A DNA stretch of 64,000 bases from Candidatus Kaiserbacteria bacterium (GCA_016186705.1 JACPLB010000003.1:18508-82507); one strand, 5' to 3'. Positions 43,394-52,420 are shown, counted from the first letter of the stretch. Made by a program: numbers and translations. The notes: generated from the letters alone by a model not told the origin.

Positions 43394-45433
43394 TCAGGAT
43401 GTTTCTAAGCTGACTCTTTTTAATGTCATCGCATTGATGACCACGATGACCGTTGAAAGGCTCATTAAGAGCGCTCCTATTTCCGGCCGGAGAAAAAATC
43501 CCCATGCCGCAAACACTCCAGCAGCCGCAGGGATAGCGACGATGTTGTACCCAAGCGCCCACGCCAAATTCTGAATCATCTTCCCATACACTTTCCGGGA
43601 AAGGACGAGAAGTCGCGAAATATCCTGCGGGTTATTTCTTGTGAGTACGACATCTCCCGCCTCGACTGCGACGTCAGTTCCTGCGCCGATTGCGATTCCC
43701 ACATCGGCCTGAGTGAGCGCTGGGGCATCATTGACTCCATCGCCAACCATCAGTACGACGTTCCCTTTCTCTTGAAGTTTTTTAATGTGAATGTATTTAT
43801 CCTCGGGCAACACTTCTGAAAAATAGGTATCTATACCAAGTTCTTCCGCGACACTCTCGGCGACGTTCTTATTATCACCAGTGAGCATCGCGACCTTGAC
43901 GCCGAGCGCATGGAGGTTTTTTACCGTTTTGTATGATTCCGGCTTGATACTGTCTGCAAGAGCGATAAGTCCGATGATTCGTTTATTATCCGCTATATAC
44001 ACAACCGTTTCCCCGCGGTCGGCAAGTTTGTGAGCTCTTTTTTCGGCGTCCTCGTCCGCCACATGAAGGTCGTGCATGAGCGCGCGATTGCCCGCGGCAT
44101 ATGCCGTGCCGTCAACTGTCGCCTTCATACCCTTGCCTGCAATATTTTTTACTCCTTTTACTTCCTTATCGGGAAGACCGCGCGTTTGAGCGTATCGAAC
44201 AATTGCCTGACCGACAATATGGGAAGAGTGCCTTTCTATTGAAGCGGCAATCGCAATTAACTCACCGGCCGAAACATCCGCTGTCGGTATCGCGTCATGA
44301 ACTCCGAACTCGCCGCGGGTCAAGGTTCCTGTCTTATCAAATACCACATAATCCGCTTTCTTGATGACTTCAATTTTCGCAAGATTTTTGATGAACACCC
44401 CATTCTTTACCGCAAGTGAGGTGGTGATGGTAGTGACTGTCGGGATGGCAAGACCGAGCGCGTGTGGACACGCAATAACAAGAACGGTAATTGCAAGCGT
44501 TATGGCAAATACAAACGGCTTGTCCAAAAATACCGACCATACAAGAATAGTGAAGAACGCGGTAATACCGGCGATAAATACAAGTACGGCAGAGGCCCTA
44601 TCGGCGATGCGTTGAGAGCGCGGTTTGGTACCTTGTGCGTCGCTGATAAGTTTCTGGATTTGGCCGATAGTCGAGCGTTCGCCGACGCGGGATATCATAA
44701 CGGTAAGCGAGCCGTCCAAGCATATGGAGCCGGCCACTACTGTATCCCCCTCCTTTTTCTCAACCGGCTTTGATTCCCCGCTTATGAGAGATTCGTCAAT
44801 GTTGGCCGTGCCTTCTTGAATGACCCCGTCTGCTGGGATTTTTTCGCCAGGCTTCACGAGCACAATGTCCTTCTCGGCAAGCTCTGTAATATCAACATCC
44901 TCTTCTTTAGTGCCAGAAAGTCTGTGCGCTTTTTTAGGCAGAAGTTTGGCGACTTCGGCGAGCGCGTCACCCGCGGCAGAGCTTGAGCGGGCCTCAAGGT
45001 AATGTCCGAACAGAAGCACCCAAATCAATGTTGAGATTTCAAGATAAAACTCCGTCTGCATCGTGGAGATAAACGTAGACGCAACCGAAAAAAGATACCC
45101 GGCGCCAACAGCAATCGAGACAAGCGTCATCATGCCGTACTTCCGCGCTTTTATTTCGTGAGATGCATGCCGGAAAAAGACAAGCGCGAAGCTAAAGATA
45201 ACCGTAGCAATACCGAATCCGATCCATCTGCTAAACGGAAGCGTGCCAATGCCGGCAAATCCGGTGACCGCATCGTTTGTAAACAGAAGCGGGATGAGGA
45301 GGAATGTCACAATCCAGAATCTGCGCAAGTATTCCTGTGCCGAACCGTGACTCATGGCGTGCGCTCCGTTCTGCGCGTGAGAATTATTCTTGTATGTTTT
45401 TGTATGGCACGAATGTGCGTCGTGGTGATTCAT
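43394..45433 (-). CDS. heavy-metal P1B-type ATPase, CopB-like (His-rich N-terminus, CPH motif)
   Basis: The His-rich N-terminus is MNHHDAHSCHTKTY...HAQNGAHAMSHGS. The TM6 motif is CPH, and DKTGTLT and GDGVNDAPAL are present. Confidence 0.9.
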   Translation of the reverse strand: MNHHDAHSCHTKTYKNNSHAQNGAHAMSHGSAQEYLRRFWIVTFLLIPLLFTNDAVTGFAGIGTLPFSRWIGFGIATVIFSFALVFFRHASHEIKARKYGMMTLVSIAVGAGYLFSVASTFISTMQTEFYLEISTLIWVLLFGHYLEARSSSAAGDALAEVAKLLPKKAHRLSGTKEEDVDITELAEKDIVLVKPGEKIPADGVIQEGTANIDESLISGESKPVEKKEGDTVVAGSICLDGSLTVMISRVGERSTIGQIQKLISDAQGTKPRSQRIADRASAVLVFIAGITAFFTILVWSVFLDKPFVFAITLAITVLVIACPHALGLAIPTVTTITTSLAVKNGVFIKNLAKIEVIKKADYVVFDKTGTLTRGEFGVHDAIPTADVSAGELIAIAASIERHSSHIVGQAIVRYAQTRGLPDKEVKGVKNIAGKGMKATVDGTAYAAGNRALMHDLHVADEDAEKRAHKLADRGETVVYIADNKRIIGLIALADSIKPESYKTVKNLHALGVKVAMLTGDNKNVAESVAEELGIDTYFSEVLPEDKYIHIKKLQEKGNVVLMVGDGVNDAPALTQADVGIAIGAGTDVAVEAGDVVLTRNNPQDISRLLVLSRKVYGKMIQNLAWALGYNIVAIPAAAGVFAAWGFFLRPEIGALLMSLSTVIVVINAMTLKRVSLETS

Positions 45434-45440
45434 ATGATGT

Positions 45441-46334
45441 TTAATGACACGTGTTATCTGCAGATTCCCCCTCTCCCTTCTTTCGTTTCAGGGAATATAT
45501 GAAGAAGGCACAGAGTCCAAGAATGGCAATTCCCCATATAAAATCCGGAATAACGGCAAGAAATGAAAATGCGCCCATTGACCAATCAGTAAGTGATTTC
45601 CCGAGCGCAATTTGATGCTCGGGCGACCAGTAAGCGTTATTCGTAATTCCAAGAAAGAACATAGTCAGACCGATAATAAGAAACATCAGTCCCGCAAGCA
45701 GGTTGGTTGAGTGAATCTCCATTGATGTTGAAGCAAAGGAAAGTTTAAGCATCTTTCCTTGAATCAGTTTGGACTTTTCAATCTTGTACTTGTCATAAAA
45801 GTACGCGGAGAGGAAGAGCGGAAAGACCATGCCGAATACATACGCAAACGTAACAATAATCGCTTTCCAAAATGTACCCGACAATACCGCAAGCGCCATT
45901 GCGCCCGCGAGAACCGGCGCACAACAGGATGTTGCGGCACCGGCGAGTACGCCGAGTGCGTAGATTGATTTTACGTGGTTGCCGCTCCCTGCTCTAAGTT
46001 TTTCCTTTATTGTGCGTGAAAGCGGCAGAGGGAGGCCTTTCCCTCTCATTGAAAGCACGCCGAGGATTATCATGAATAATCCTCCGAATACCCATAGTTC
46101 CCTGTGAAAATCTTGAAAAAGTTGCGCCAGTCCGGCAACACCAAGGCCGATAGGAACTAAAATAGTCGCTAGGCCGGCGAAGAAGACGAAGGTCATCTTC
46201 AGCATGTGTTTTTTCTCGCGGAATGCCGAGGCAATGTAGGCAGGGAGTAAGACGGTAATACAGCAGGGGGCAAACAAAGCGACCATGCCTGCCAAAAACG
46301 ATGCGATGATTGATGCCCCGAAAATAACGTCCAT
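45441..46334 (-). CDS. DsbD/CcdA-family thiol-disulfide transporter-like membrane protein
   Basis: It is polytopic with two Cys pairs in TM segments (FAPCCITVLLP and TSCCAPVLAG). Confidence 0.6.
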   Translation of the reverse strand: MDVIFGASIIASFLAGMVALFAPCCITVLLPAYIASAFREKKHMLKMTFVFFAGLATILVPIGLGVAGLAQLFQDFHRELWVFGGLFMIILGVLSMRGKGLPLPLSRTIKEKLRAGSGNHVKSIYALGVLAGAATSCCAPVLAGAMALAVLSGTFWKAIIVTFAYVFGMVFPLFLSAYFYDKYKIEKSKLIQGKMLKLSFASTSMEIHSTNLLAGLMFLIIGLTMFFLGITNNAYWSPEHQIALGKSLTDWSMGAFSFLAVIPDFIWGIAILGLCAFFIYSLKRKKGEGESADNTCH

Positions 46335-46814
46335 TTAACGATTGTTTATTACAAGCGCTCTGATGCGGACTTCAAGCTCCGGTGTCACAGTTGAATTGGT
46401 TTTTAAAAAGACCGTGCGTTCCGCAAGTCCGACTCCGCTTGGGCCATGCGCGAGCGGGTCATATATGACCGTCAAATTTTTTGTCTCTCCAGCTAGTATG
46501 ACAACGTCTCTTTTCATTGGCTCGTGCATGCCAAAGGGCACATTATCAATTTCAGCGCTTGTGCACCCGCACGTTGTGGTTCCTCCGATAATAGTGACGT
46601 CCTCTTCTCCTTCGTTAGTAATCAGAAACGTTGTCGTTACCGTGCCATTGTAGATATCAATAGTGCCGAAATCATAGAAAAACGGGGCAACGGTAAGTCG
46701 TGCGACACTTTGGGTTTTTGAAGCCGACGAAGTGCCGTTTCCCGAGAGCATCAGAAAAACTCCCAGGGCGACAATGACCGCAATAACGATGAAAGACGAA
46801 ATGTTTGAACGCAT
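46335..46814 (-). CDS. DUF1573-domain protein (secreted/anchored)
   Basis: The signal anchor is followed by YDFGTI...TNEGEEDVTIIGGTTTCGCTSAE. Confidence 0.7.
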   Translation of the reverse strand: MRSNISSFIVIAVIVALGVFLMLSGNGTSSASKTQSVARLTVAPFFYDFGTIDIYNGTVTTTFLITNEGEEDVTIIGGTTTCGCTSAEIDNVPFGMHEPMKRDVVILAGETKNLTVIYDPLAHGPSGVGLAERTVFLKTNSTVTPELEVRIRALVINNR

Positions 46815-46815
46815 G

Positions 46816-47085
46816 TTATTTTTTCTTTGAAACCTTGTACACCGAAAGAATTTCTCCGATAGCTTTTTTGTGGGCGCCGCTTTTCATCTGGCTGATTACG
46901 TGTGTGGATAAATGGTTTTCCAGCATGACGTTTTCAATTGACGAAAGTGCGTGCCGAACGGCGGATGTTTGGGTAATTATATCAACGCAGTACACTTCTT
47001 CCTCGACCATTTTTTGAAGACCCCGTATTTGACCTTCAATAATGTTAAGTCTGCGTACCAGTCGTTTCTTGACCTCTTTTTTCAT
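46816..47085 (-). CDS. csoR: CsoR/RcnR-family metal-sensing transcriptional repressor
   Basis: The core LVRRLNIIEGQIRGLQKMVEEEVYCVDIITQTSAVRHALSSIENVMLENHLSTHV carries the conserved Cys and His ligand positions. Confidence 0.85.
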   Translation of the reverse strand: MKKEVKKRLVRRLNIIEGQIRGLQKMVEEEVYCVDIITQTSAVRHALSSIENVMLENHLSTHVISQMKSGAHKKAIGEILSVYKVSKKK

Positions 47086-47090
47086 ATGGG

Positions 47091-47127
47091 TGTATAATAC
47101 CCCTAGGGGGTATTAGAAGTCAATCCT
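47091..47127 (-). promoter_or_regulatory. csoR operon promoter (TTGACT, 17 nt, TATTAT) with a CsoR-type operator ATACCCCCTAGGGTAT between -35 and -10
   Basis: The GC-rich pseudo-palindrome at 47097-47113 is flanked by AT-rich arms, as in characterised CsoR boxes. The leader is only about 7 nt. Confidence 0.7.
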
Positions 47128-47213
47128 CCCTGTGGAAAGGTCGAGTCAGTTATCGTTGTAGCGACATACCGTTACTGTAAGAAGAAGATTATCAGTCACT
47201 AATAAAAATTATT

Positions 47214-47471
47214 ATGAAAACACTTGACGCGCGTGCTCTGGGGTACGCAGGGGCAATTATCGGAGCGGCAGGCATGTTGCTTCTCGGCATTCTGGGCAAT
47301 CTCGGTTTCTATACTGGCGCTGTTGCCCAGATGGAAGAATGGCATGCGTTCTTCTCGCTCTCAATTGGGGGCATTATCGGAGGGATGATTGAGGCGGCTG
47401 TGATTAGCTTTGTCGCTCTCTTTATATTTGCGCTTGTCTATAATATGTTCGTGACAAAAAAAGAGAATTGA
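47214..47471 (+). CDS. hypothetical small membrane protein (2 TM, Gly-rich)
   Basis: The hydrophobic 85-aa ORF ends immediately before the DUF302 gene. Confidence 0.45.
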   Translation: MKTLDARALGYAGAIIGAAGMLLLGILGNLGFYTGAVAQMEEWHAFFSLSIGGIIGGMIEAAVISFVALFIFALVYNMFVTKKEN

Positions 47472-47472
47472 T

Positions 47473-47856
47473 ATGCAGTACGGGTATACAAAAAAAGTAC
47501 CGCTTTCGTTTAAGGAAGCGGTACTGAAAGTCAAAGAAGCGCTCGGCACTGAAGGATTTGGCGTACTTACCGAGATAGACGTCAAAGCGACCATGAAAAA
47601 GAAACTCGGCGTTGATTATGACAATTACGTCATTCTTGGCGCGTGCAATCCGGAGTTCGCGCATAAAGCGCTTCAGGAAGAAAAGGAGATAGGGCTCTTA
47701 CTGCCATGTAACGTCATCGTATACGAGGATAATTCTAACGTTCACGTCTCGGCCATCCTCCCGTCAGCCGCCATGAGCATGGTGAAAAATCAAAAACTGG
47801 CTCAGATATCCAAAGAGGTAGAGGAAAAACTCAAATCTGTCATTCATTCCCTTTAA
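47473..47856 (+). CDS. DUF302-domain protein
   Basis: The family pattern is FGVLTEIDVKATMKKKLGVDYDNYVILGACNPEFAHKAL...LLPCNVIVYE. Confidence 0.75.
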   Translation: MQYGYTKKVPLSFKEAVLKVKEALGTEGFGVLTEIDVKATMKKKLGVDYDNYVILGACNPEFAHKALQEEKEIGLLLPCNVIVYEDNSNVHVSAILPSAAMSMVKNQKLAQISKEVEEKLKSVIHSL

Positions 47857-48060
47857 GCAGTAGAAATAATTGAAACAGAAAAACCGCCTACTAAGCGGTC
47901 TTTCTGTTCGGTTGCTACATTGGCACTATGTAGAGATTCCAGAGGATTTCTTTTTTCTCCGCTTTTTAACAAGCGAATAGGTGGAGAATATTGCACCTAA
48001 GAGGGCAATACCAGCAATGATTATATTTAAAATAAGTATACTGTTCATAATTTTCTAGTG

Positions 48061-48351
48061 CTATTTTTTCAATTTATCCACTAACTTTTCCAGTTCAGCA
48101 ACTCGCTGTTTTAATCGTTCTATTTCTTCCTTATTACTCTCCGCATCATCCTCTTTTAAACAGTCGATCAATCCGAGGATTGCTGAAATTAACCAAGCGA
48201 GTGAAGCAAGGATGCCTGCAATACCTGCTGCAATTGCCAATTTAGTGAAAACAGGTTCTGGTGCTCCCACTGCAACTGCAGTCCCTAGACCAGCAGCCGT
48301 TAAAGAAAGCGTGGCAGCCGTGATATTAAAATAACTACTCCAACAAGCCAT
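48061..48351 (-). CDS. holin-like small membrane protein (2 TM and a highly charged coiled C-terminus)
   Basis: The TM regions are LSLTAAGLGTAVAVG and LAIAAGIAGILASLAWLISAILGLI. The C-terminus is KEDDAESNKEEIERLKQRVAELEKLVDKLKK. It lies in an AT-rich island. Confidence 0.45.
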   Translation of the reverse strand: MACWSSYFNITAATLSLTAAGLGTAVAVGAPEPVFTKLAIAAGIAGILASLAWLISAILGLIDCLKEDDAESNKEEIERLKQRVAELEKLVDKLKK

Positions 48352-48869
48352 CTCTTATTTTTAAGTATTAGTAGTACAACTATAGTATAACAGTAATATA
48401 ATAAGGCCTCAATTCTAAATTAAGTAGTGTGGATAAATACAGATTGTAATATAAATGAGTGATGTTTCCACGGCTTCAGTATATCAAGTCGGCTCATTTG
48501 TGTAAGTCGATCCACGTTGCCTATTTGCTAGAGGTTTAGGACAATGTCGGAACCTTAATCAGCAGGAAATTGTTTTTTTACCCAAGGGATAAATACAATA
48601 AAATATAAGAGTAAAAATACCCCAAGCCCTATTTGACCAAACAAAAAATACACTCCTGAACTAAAAATAAACCCAATAAATAATGCTCCTAAAATAAATA
48701 TTCCTGTTTTCATGATTTCACTTTACTAAATTTAAGGATCTGGGACGATGTAGAAACACTCCTATACGACACTTAAATTCTTTAGCTCGTCTGGAGCATC
48801 AATAACCTCTGATTTCCCCTCCATTTCTTCTGGCGAATTAAGTCCAATACCAGTAACCATACTCCGTTA

Positions 48870-50144
48870 TTATTTAGCAGCCTTTTTCCTCTGCTTTTCC
48901 AGCCTCTTATGGCAGCGTTCATGTAAAAGCTGGGCATTATTTATATCTGTCGTCTTTCCACCTTTACTATGTAATATCACATGATCTGCACTCGACTCAC
49001 GAAAATTTATTGTGCCCCCACATTCGGGGCACAACCCTTTTTGTCTGAAGTAGAGAATTCTCTTTTCTTCCTCCTCGTGATATCTTCTGAAATCTTTCTC
49101 AATAAATGGTTTGATCCGAGAAAATTCGTCAAGCAAAATGTCGAGTCTCGTTTTTATTGAATCTGGGGTTGTCATCACCTTCGCCTCTAATTTATAGGAC
49201 TTATACTTCTCAAATGTAGTAACACCCATACCTTTAGGTGGCTTTTTATCGTATATTCCAAAAGAATAAAGGTTCTTTAGGAATTCTCTTGAGAATGCTG
49301 ACATCTCGTTTATCAGATTACTGTTGTCAGCCTTACGCTTTCTTAAATATGAGACCAGAAGATAAAAAGATAACACCTCCCTTGGTTTAAGACCTGTTAG
49401 TAGATAGTTTAGTGACGAATGGAGAAGATCAAGATTCCCTTTATATGATTTCAACTTATAAGAATTTATCGTGTCTTTGTTTTTATATTTTGCAAGAGCT
49501 GTAATAAAACTCTTCAGCTCAAGACTTGGAAATAGTTTATTTTTGAAATCTCCCTCTAACTCCAGTAGCAACATCTCCGCAGCAAGAAGTCTGTACCTAA
49601 ACCTCTTATCTTTACCCATCAACTTGAAAAGATCATGGCTTTCTCTTGCCTCTTTGAAAGTATCTTTGAAAGATCCTCTGTATGCGCTAATTTTTTCGGC
49701 CCTGTTCAACGGCGATCCTTCTTGAAGCCTAAGAAATGTTTGAACAACATCTTCCTCTTTACTTTCAGAATCATGACTCTTCAATTTTAGGTAATAGATG
49801 GAATACGCATCAGTTAAGAACTTCTGTTTTGTACTCAAGTCTGTATACGAAAGCAGGCCACTTCCTTTAAGTTCAAGGCTTCCTTCTATGTATTTTTTTA
49901 TTGAAAGCAATCTTTGCTGGCCATCAAGGATTTCATACTGACCTCGGTCGTTAATATATAAAACAAGTACACCGACAGAATATCGGCTCTCGATAGATCT
50001 GATCAATTCAATTTGTTGAGTAAGTGTCCATATATCACCCCTCTGATACTCCGAGTTAATAAAAATTTTTCCCGTATCAAAAAGATCTTTAATTTGACCC
50101 ATTACAAAACAATCAAACTCTATATCTGGCACTTGCTGTTTCAT
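48870..50144 (-). CDS. GmrSD-like type IV restriction endonuclease candidate (N-terminal DUF262/ParB-like domain and C-terminal HNH/DUF1524 domain)
   Basis: The DUF262 signatures are YQRGDIW...ILDGQQRLLSI. The C-terminal His-Me finger is DHVILHSKGGKTTDINNAQLLHERCH, preceded by CPECGG. The gene is about 33% GC against about 50% for the genome. Confidence 0.7.
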   Translation of the reverse strand: MKQQVPDIEFDCFVMGQIKDLFDTGKIFINSEYQRGDIWTLTQQIELIRSIESRYSVGVLVLYINDRGQYEILDGQQRLLSIKKYIEGSLELKGSGLLSYTDLSTKQKFLTDAYSIYYLKLKSHDSESKEEDVVQTFLRLQEGSPLNRAEKISAYRGSFKDTFKEARESHDLFKLMGKDKRFRYRLLAAEMLLLELEGDFKNKLFPSLELKSFITALAKYKNKDTINSYKLKSYKGNLDLLHSSLNYLLTGLKPREVLSFYLLVSYLRKRKADNSNLINEMSAFSREFLKNLYSFGIYDKKPPKGMGVTTFEKYKSYKLEAKVMTTPDSIKTRLDILLDEFSRIKPFIEKDFRRYHEEEEKRILYFRQKGLCPECGGTINFRESSADHVILHSKGGKTTDINNAQLLHERCHKRLEKQRKKAAK

Positions 50145-50237
50145 AATAAGGATACTATGCCCATCGCCGATTTTTTACCACTCCAGAGTGTCTCCAACCT
50201 CTTTAGGTGTCCGATACTAAACTAGATTATTGGGAGT

Positions 50238-50819
50238 TTAGGGCTCAAATCTTTTTTCTACCACGCTCCAGTTGAGATTTGAGAGAAAAGCGTCAATGTA
50301 CTTTCCTTTTTCCGCTGGTGTGTAGTCCACCATAAAGGCGTGTTCCCACATATCAAGCGCAAGGAGAATTGGAAGCCCCGAGAGCGTGCCGAGTTCGTGG
50401 TCGGAGACCCACGCAACGTGAGGCACGTTGCCTTTTGGGTCCCAGTAAAGGACTGTCCAGCCAATACCTCTACTCATGCCGACTGCCTTGAAGTGTTCAA
50501 TAAAAGATTCAAAACCTCCATACTTTTCGCCCAACGCTTTTTTCAAAGCTCCGTCTGATATCGCTTGAGCACCGCCTTCAAGCGATTCAAAGTAGTACTC
50601 ATGCATACGCATGCCGTCGAACTCAAATGAAAATCGCCGCCGAAGCTCGGCGATAATGTACGCATTCCTCCCCTTGTCTTGTTCCAGTTCATGAATTTTC
50701 TCGCGGATGAGATTTACATGCTTCACATAGCCCGCGTAGAGTCCGAGATGGACCTCAATTTGTTTTTCCGAAAGCCCGTTTAGTTTCGGAAGAGTAAAAG
50801 TCTGTATTTTATATTCCAT
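50238..50819 (-). CDS. Fe/Mn-family superoxide dismutase
   Basis: The C-terminal metal-ligand motif is DMWEHAF, embedded in a conserved ...GWTVLYWD... fold. Confidence 0.8.
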   Translation of the reverse strand: MEYKIQTFTLPKLNGLSEKQIEVHLGLYAGYVKHVNLIREKIHELEQDKGRNAYIIAELRRRFSFEFDGMRMHEYYFESLEGGAQAISDGALKKALGEKYGGFESFIEHFKAVGMSRGIGWTVLYWDPKGNVPHVAWVSDHELGTLSGLPILLALDMWEHAFMVDYTPAEKGKYIDAFLSNLNWSVVEKRFEP

Positions 50820-50886
50820 ATCTATATATGTTAGTTATTTCTTAAAGTATATCAAAAATTTCCCCCGCTGGCGTTATACTTTTTAT

Positions 50887-51744
50887 ATGAATGCTGTTCG
50901 GCAGTACGCAGGGCTCATTATCACCAGCACCTTTCTTTTTCTCAACCTTTTCATCTGGTCGGCGGTGTTTGCCGAATCGCGAAGCGGGCTTCTTACCGTT
51001 GCGTTTCTTGACGTGGGGCAGGGAGACGCGATTTTCATTGAATCGCCGAACGGAAACCAGATGCTCATTGACGGCGGTCCGAACGGCGCAGTTCTGCGCG
51101 AGCTCTCAAAAATCATGCCGTTTCACGACCGTTTCATTGATGTCATTCTTGCCACGCACCCTGACAAAGACCATATCGCGGGACTCATTGATGTCATAGA
51201 GCGCTATGAAGTAGGGAAGTACCTTGAACCAGGTGTTTTAAATGACACAGGAGTGTACCAAACGCTTCTCAATGCTGTTTCGGAAAAAGAAATTCCCGTC
51301 ACGTACGCACGGCGCGGTATGCACATTGTGCTTGATGAAGGAGTGCGTGCTGATATTTTGTTTCCAGACCGCGATGTGACAAATGTAGAGACGAACTCCG
51401 GTTCCATTGTCCTCCGTGTAGTGTACGGAGAAACGGAATTCATGCTTACCGGAGACGCGCCGCAGAGTATTGAACGATATCTCATGTCGCTTGACGGAAA
51501 CGACCTTCAAAGTGACGTGCTCAAAGCAGGACATCACGGCTCGCGGACATCAAGCGATGAGAGTTTTATCAGTTCGGTGCATCCGGATATCGCCGTCATC
51601 TCGGCAGGGAAGGATAATAGCTACGGGCATCCGCATAAAGAAGTCTTGGAGATTCTTTCAAAAGCCGGCATCAAGATTTTTAACACCGCCGAGGAGGGGA
51701 CTATTATCTTCACATCGGACGGGGTCGCAATTACACAAAAGTAA
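50887..51744 (+). CDS. ComEC-type metallo-beta-lactamase-fold protein (standalone C-terminal ComEC nuclease domain) with an N-terminal TM anchor
   Basis: The MBL motifs are LDVGQGDAIFI and ILATHPDKDHIAGL, with GHHGSRTS near the C-terminus. Confidence 0.8.
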   Translation: MNAVRQYAGLIITSTFLFLNLFIWSAVFAESRSGLLTVAFLDVGQGDAIFIESPNGNQMLIDGGPNGAVLRELSKIMPFHDRFIDVILATHPDKDHIAGLIDVIERYEVGKYLEPGVLNDTGVYQTLLNAVSEKEIPVTYARRGMHIVLDEGVRADILFPDRDVTNVETNSGSIVLRVVYGETEFMLTGDAPQSIERYLMSLDGNDLQSDVLKAGHHGSRTSSDESFISSVHPDIAVISAGKDNSYGHPHKEVLEILSKAGIKIFNTAEEGTIIFTSDGVAITQK

Positions 51745-51757
51745 CCCTAACTCACAA

Positions 51758-51793
51758 AGGATATTTTCTCAGCGATAGCTGAGAAAATATCCT
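51758..51793. repeat. 36-bp perfect palindromic hairpin, second copy of the 18538-18573 element in inverted orientation
   Basis: The sequence is aggatattttctcagc-gata-gctgagaaaatatcct. The copy at 18538 reads ...tatc.... Confidence 0.8.
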
Positions 51794-51879
51794 ACATGAC
51801 TCTGATGTTGACATGCGGTGATTAATTACTATCCTTAACCTTAGAGGCACCTTAATTTCAAAACTGGAACGAGGCTCAC

Positions 51880-52311
51880 ATGGCTAGTCGCAAGACCCAC
51901 ATGACGACCGAAGAAATCGAGCAGGCATTAACAAAGCTCGGTATTGCTGTGCCGCAACATTACCGCTTTGAATCTATTAATGGAGGATTCCATCTCATTG
52001 GTCCTCCGGGCAGGCAGGTAAACGTGCAGGTTCTGGACAGCGCCTCCGCCGCACGGGTTGCGTTCGGACTCGATCTCATCGAGGTTTTTCCCGAAGTGCT
52101 CAAGATTCTCAAACAGCACGTCAAGAAACCGAACCTGGAACTCTCGCCTGCCGCTAAGCTCATGGACAGGCACTGGGGCGAACAGGCGGCAACTGCAGAA
52201 CAACGTAGCACACCAAGGAAGCGCCAAAGTATCGTCGATGAAGACAGCGAAGCCGGGCACGAAATACGCCGCTTCCTTTTGGAAAACCGGTCCGCGATTA
52301 CTCGCGGATAG
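51880..52311 (+). CDS. hypothetical protein (143 aa) with G/C-ending codon bias
   Basis: A GAGG SD precedes it. I recognise no family. The palindromic repeat lies upstream and a bidirectional terminator downstream. Confidence 0.5.
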   Translation: MASRKTHMTTEEIEQALTKLGIAVPQHYRFESINGGFHLIGPPGRQVNVQVLDSASAARVAFGLDLIEVFPEVLKILKQHVKKPNLELSPAAKLMDRHWGEQAATAEQRSTPRKRQSIVDEDSEAGHEIRRFLLENRSAITRG

Positions 52312-52420
52312 TTAAGCAAGCTAAGCTCTTTCTGCAAACTCAAAAGCAAAGGGTCCGACGCAGATCGGGCCCTTCATTTTTTCTTTCTGCAGCCTTCTGT
52401 AGACTTTCCGTAAAGATGAG

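Noticed and set aside
43053-50858. An 11-bp inverted repeat TTGATATACT at 43054-43064 and 50847-50857 (reverse complement) might be the terminal inverted repeats of the region that splits comEC.
   Set aside because: Both copies sit about 30 nt upstream of start codons (ORF 43097 and sod) and look like extended -10 promoter elements (TGATATACT). Similar promoters are a simpler explanation than element termini.
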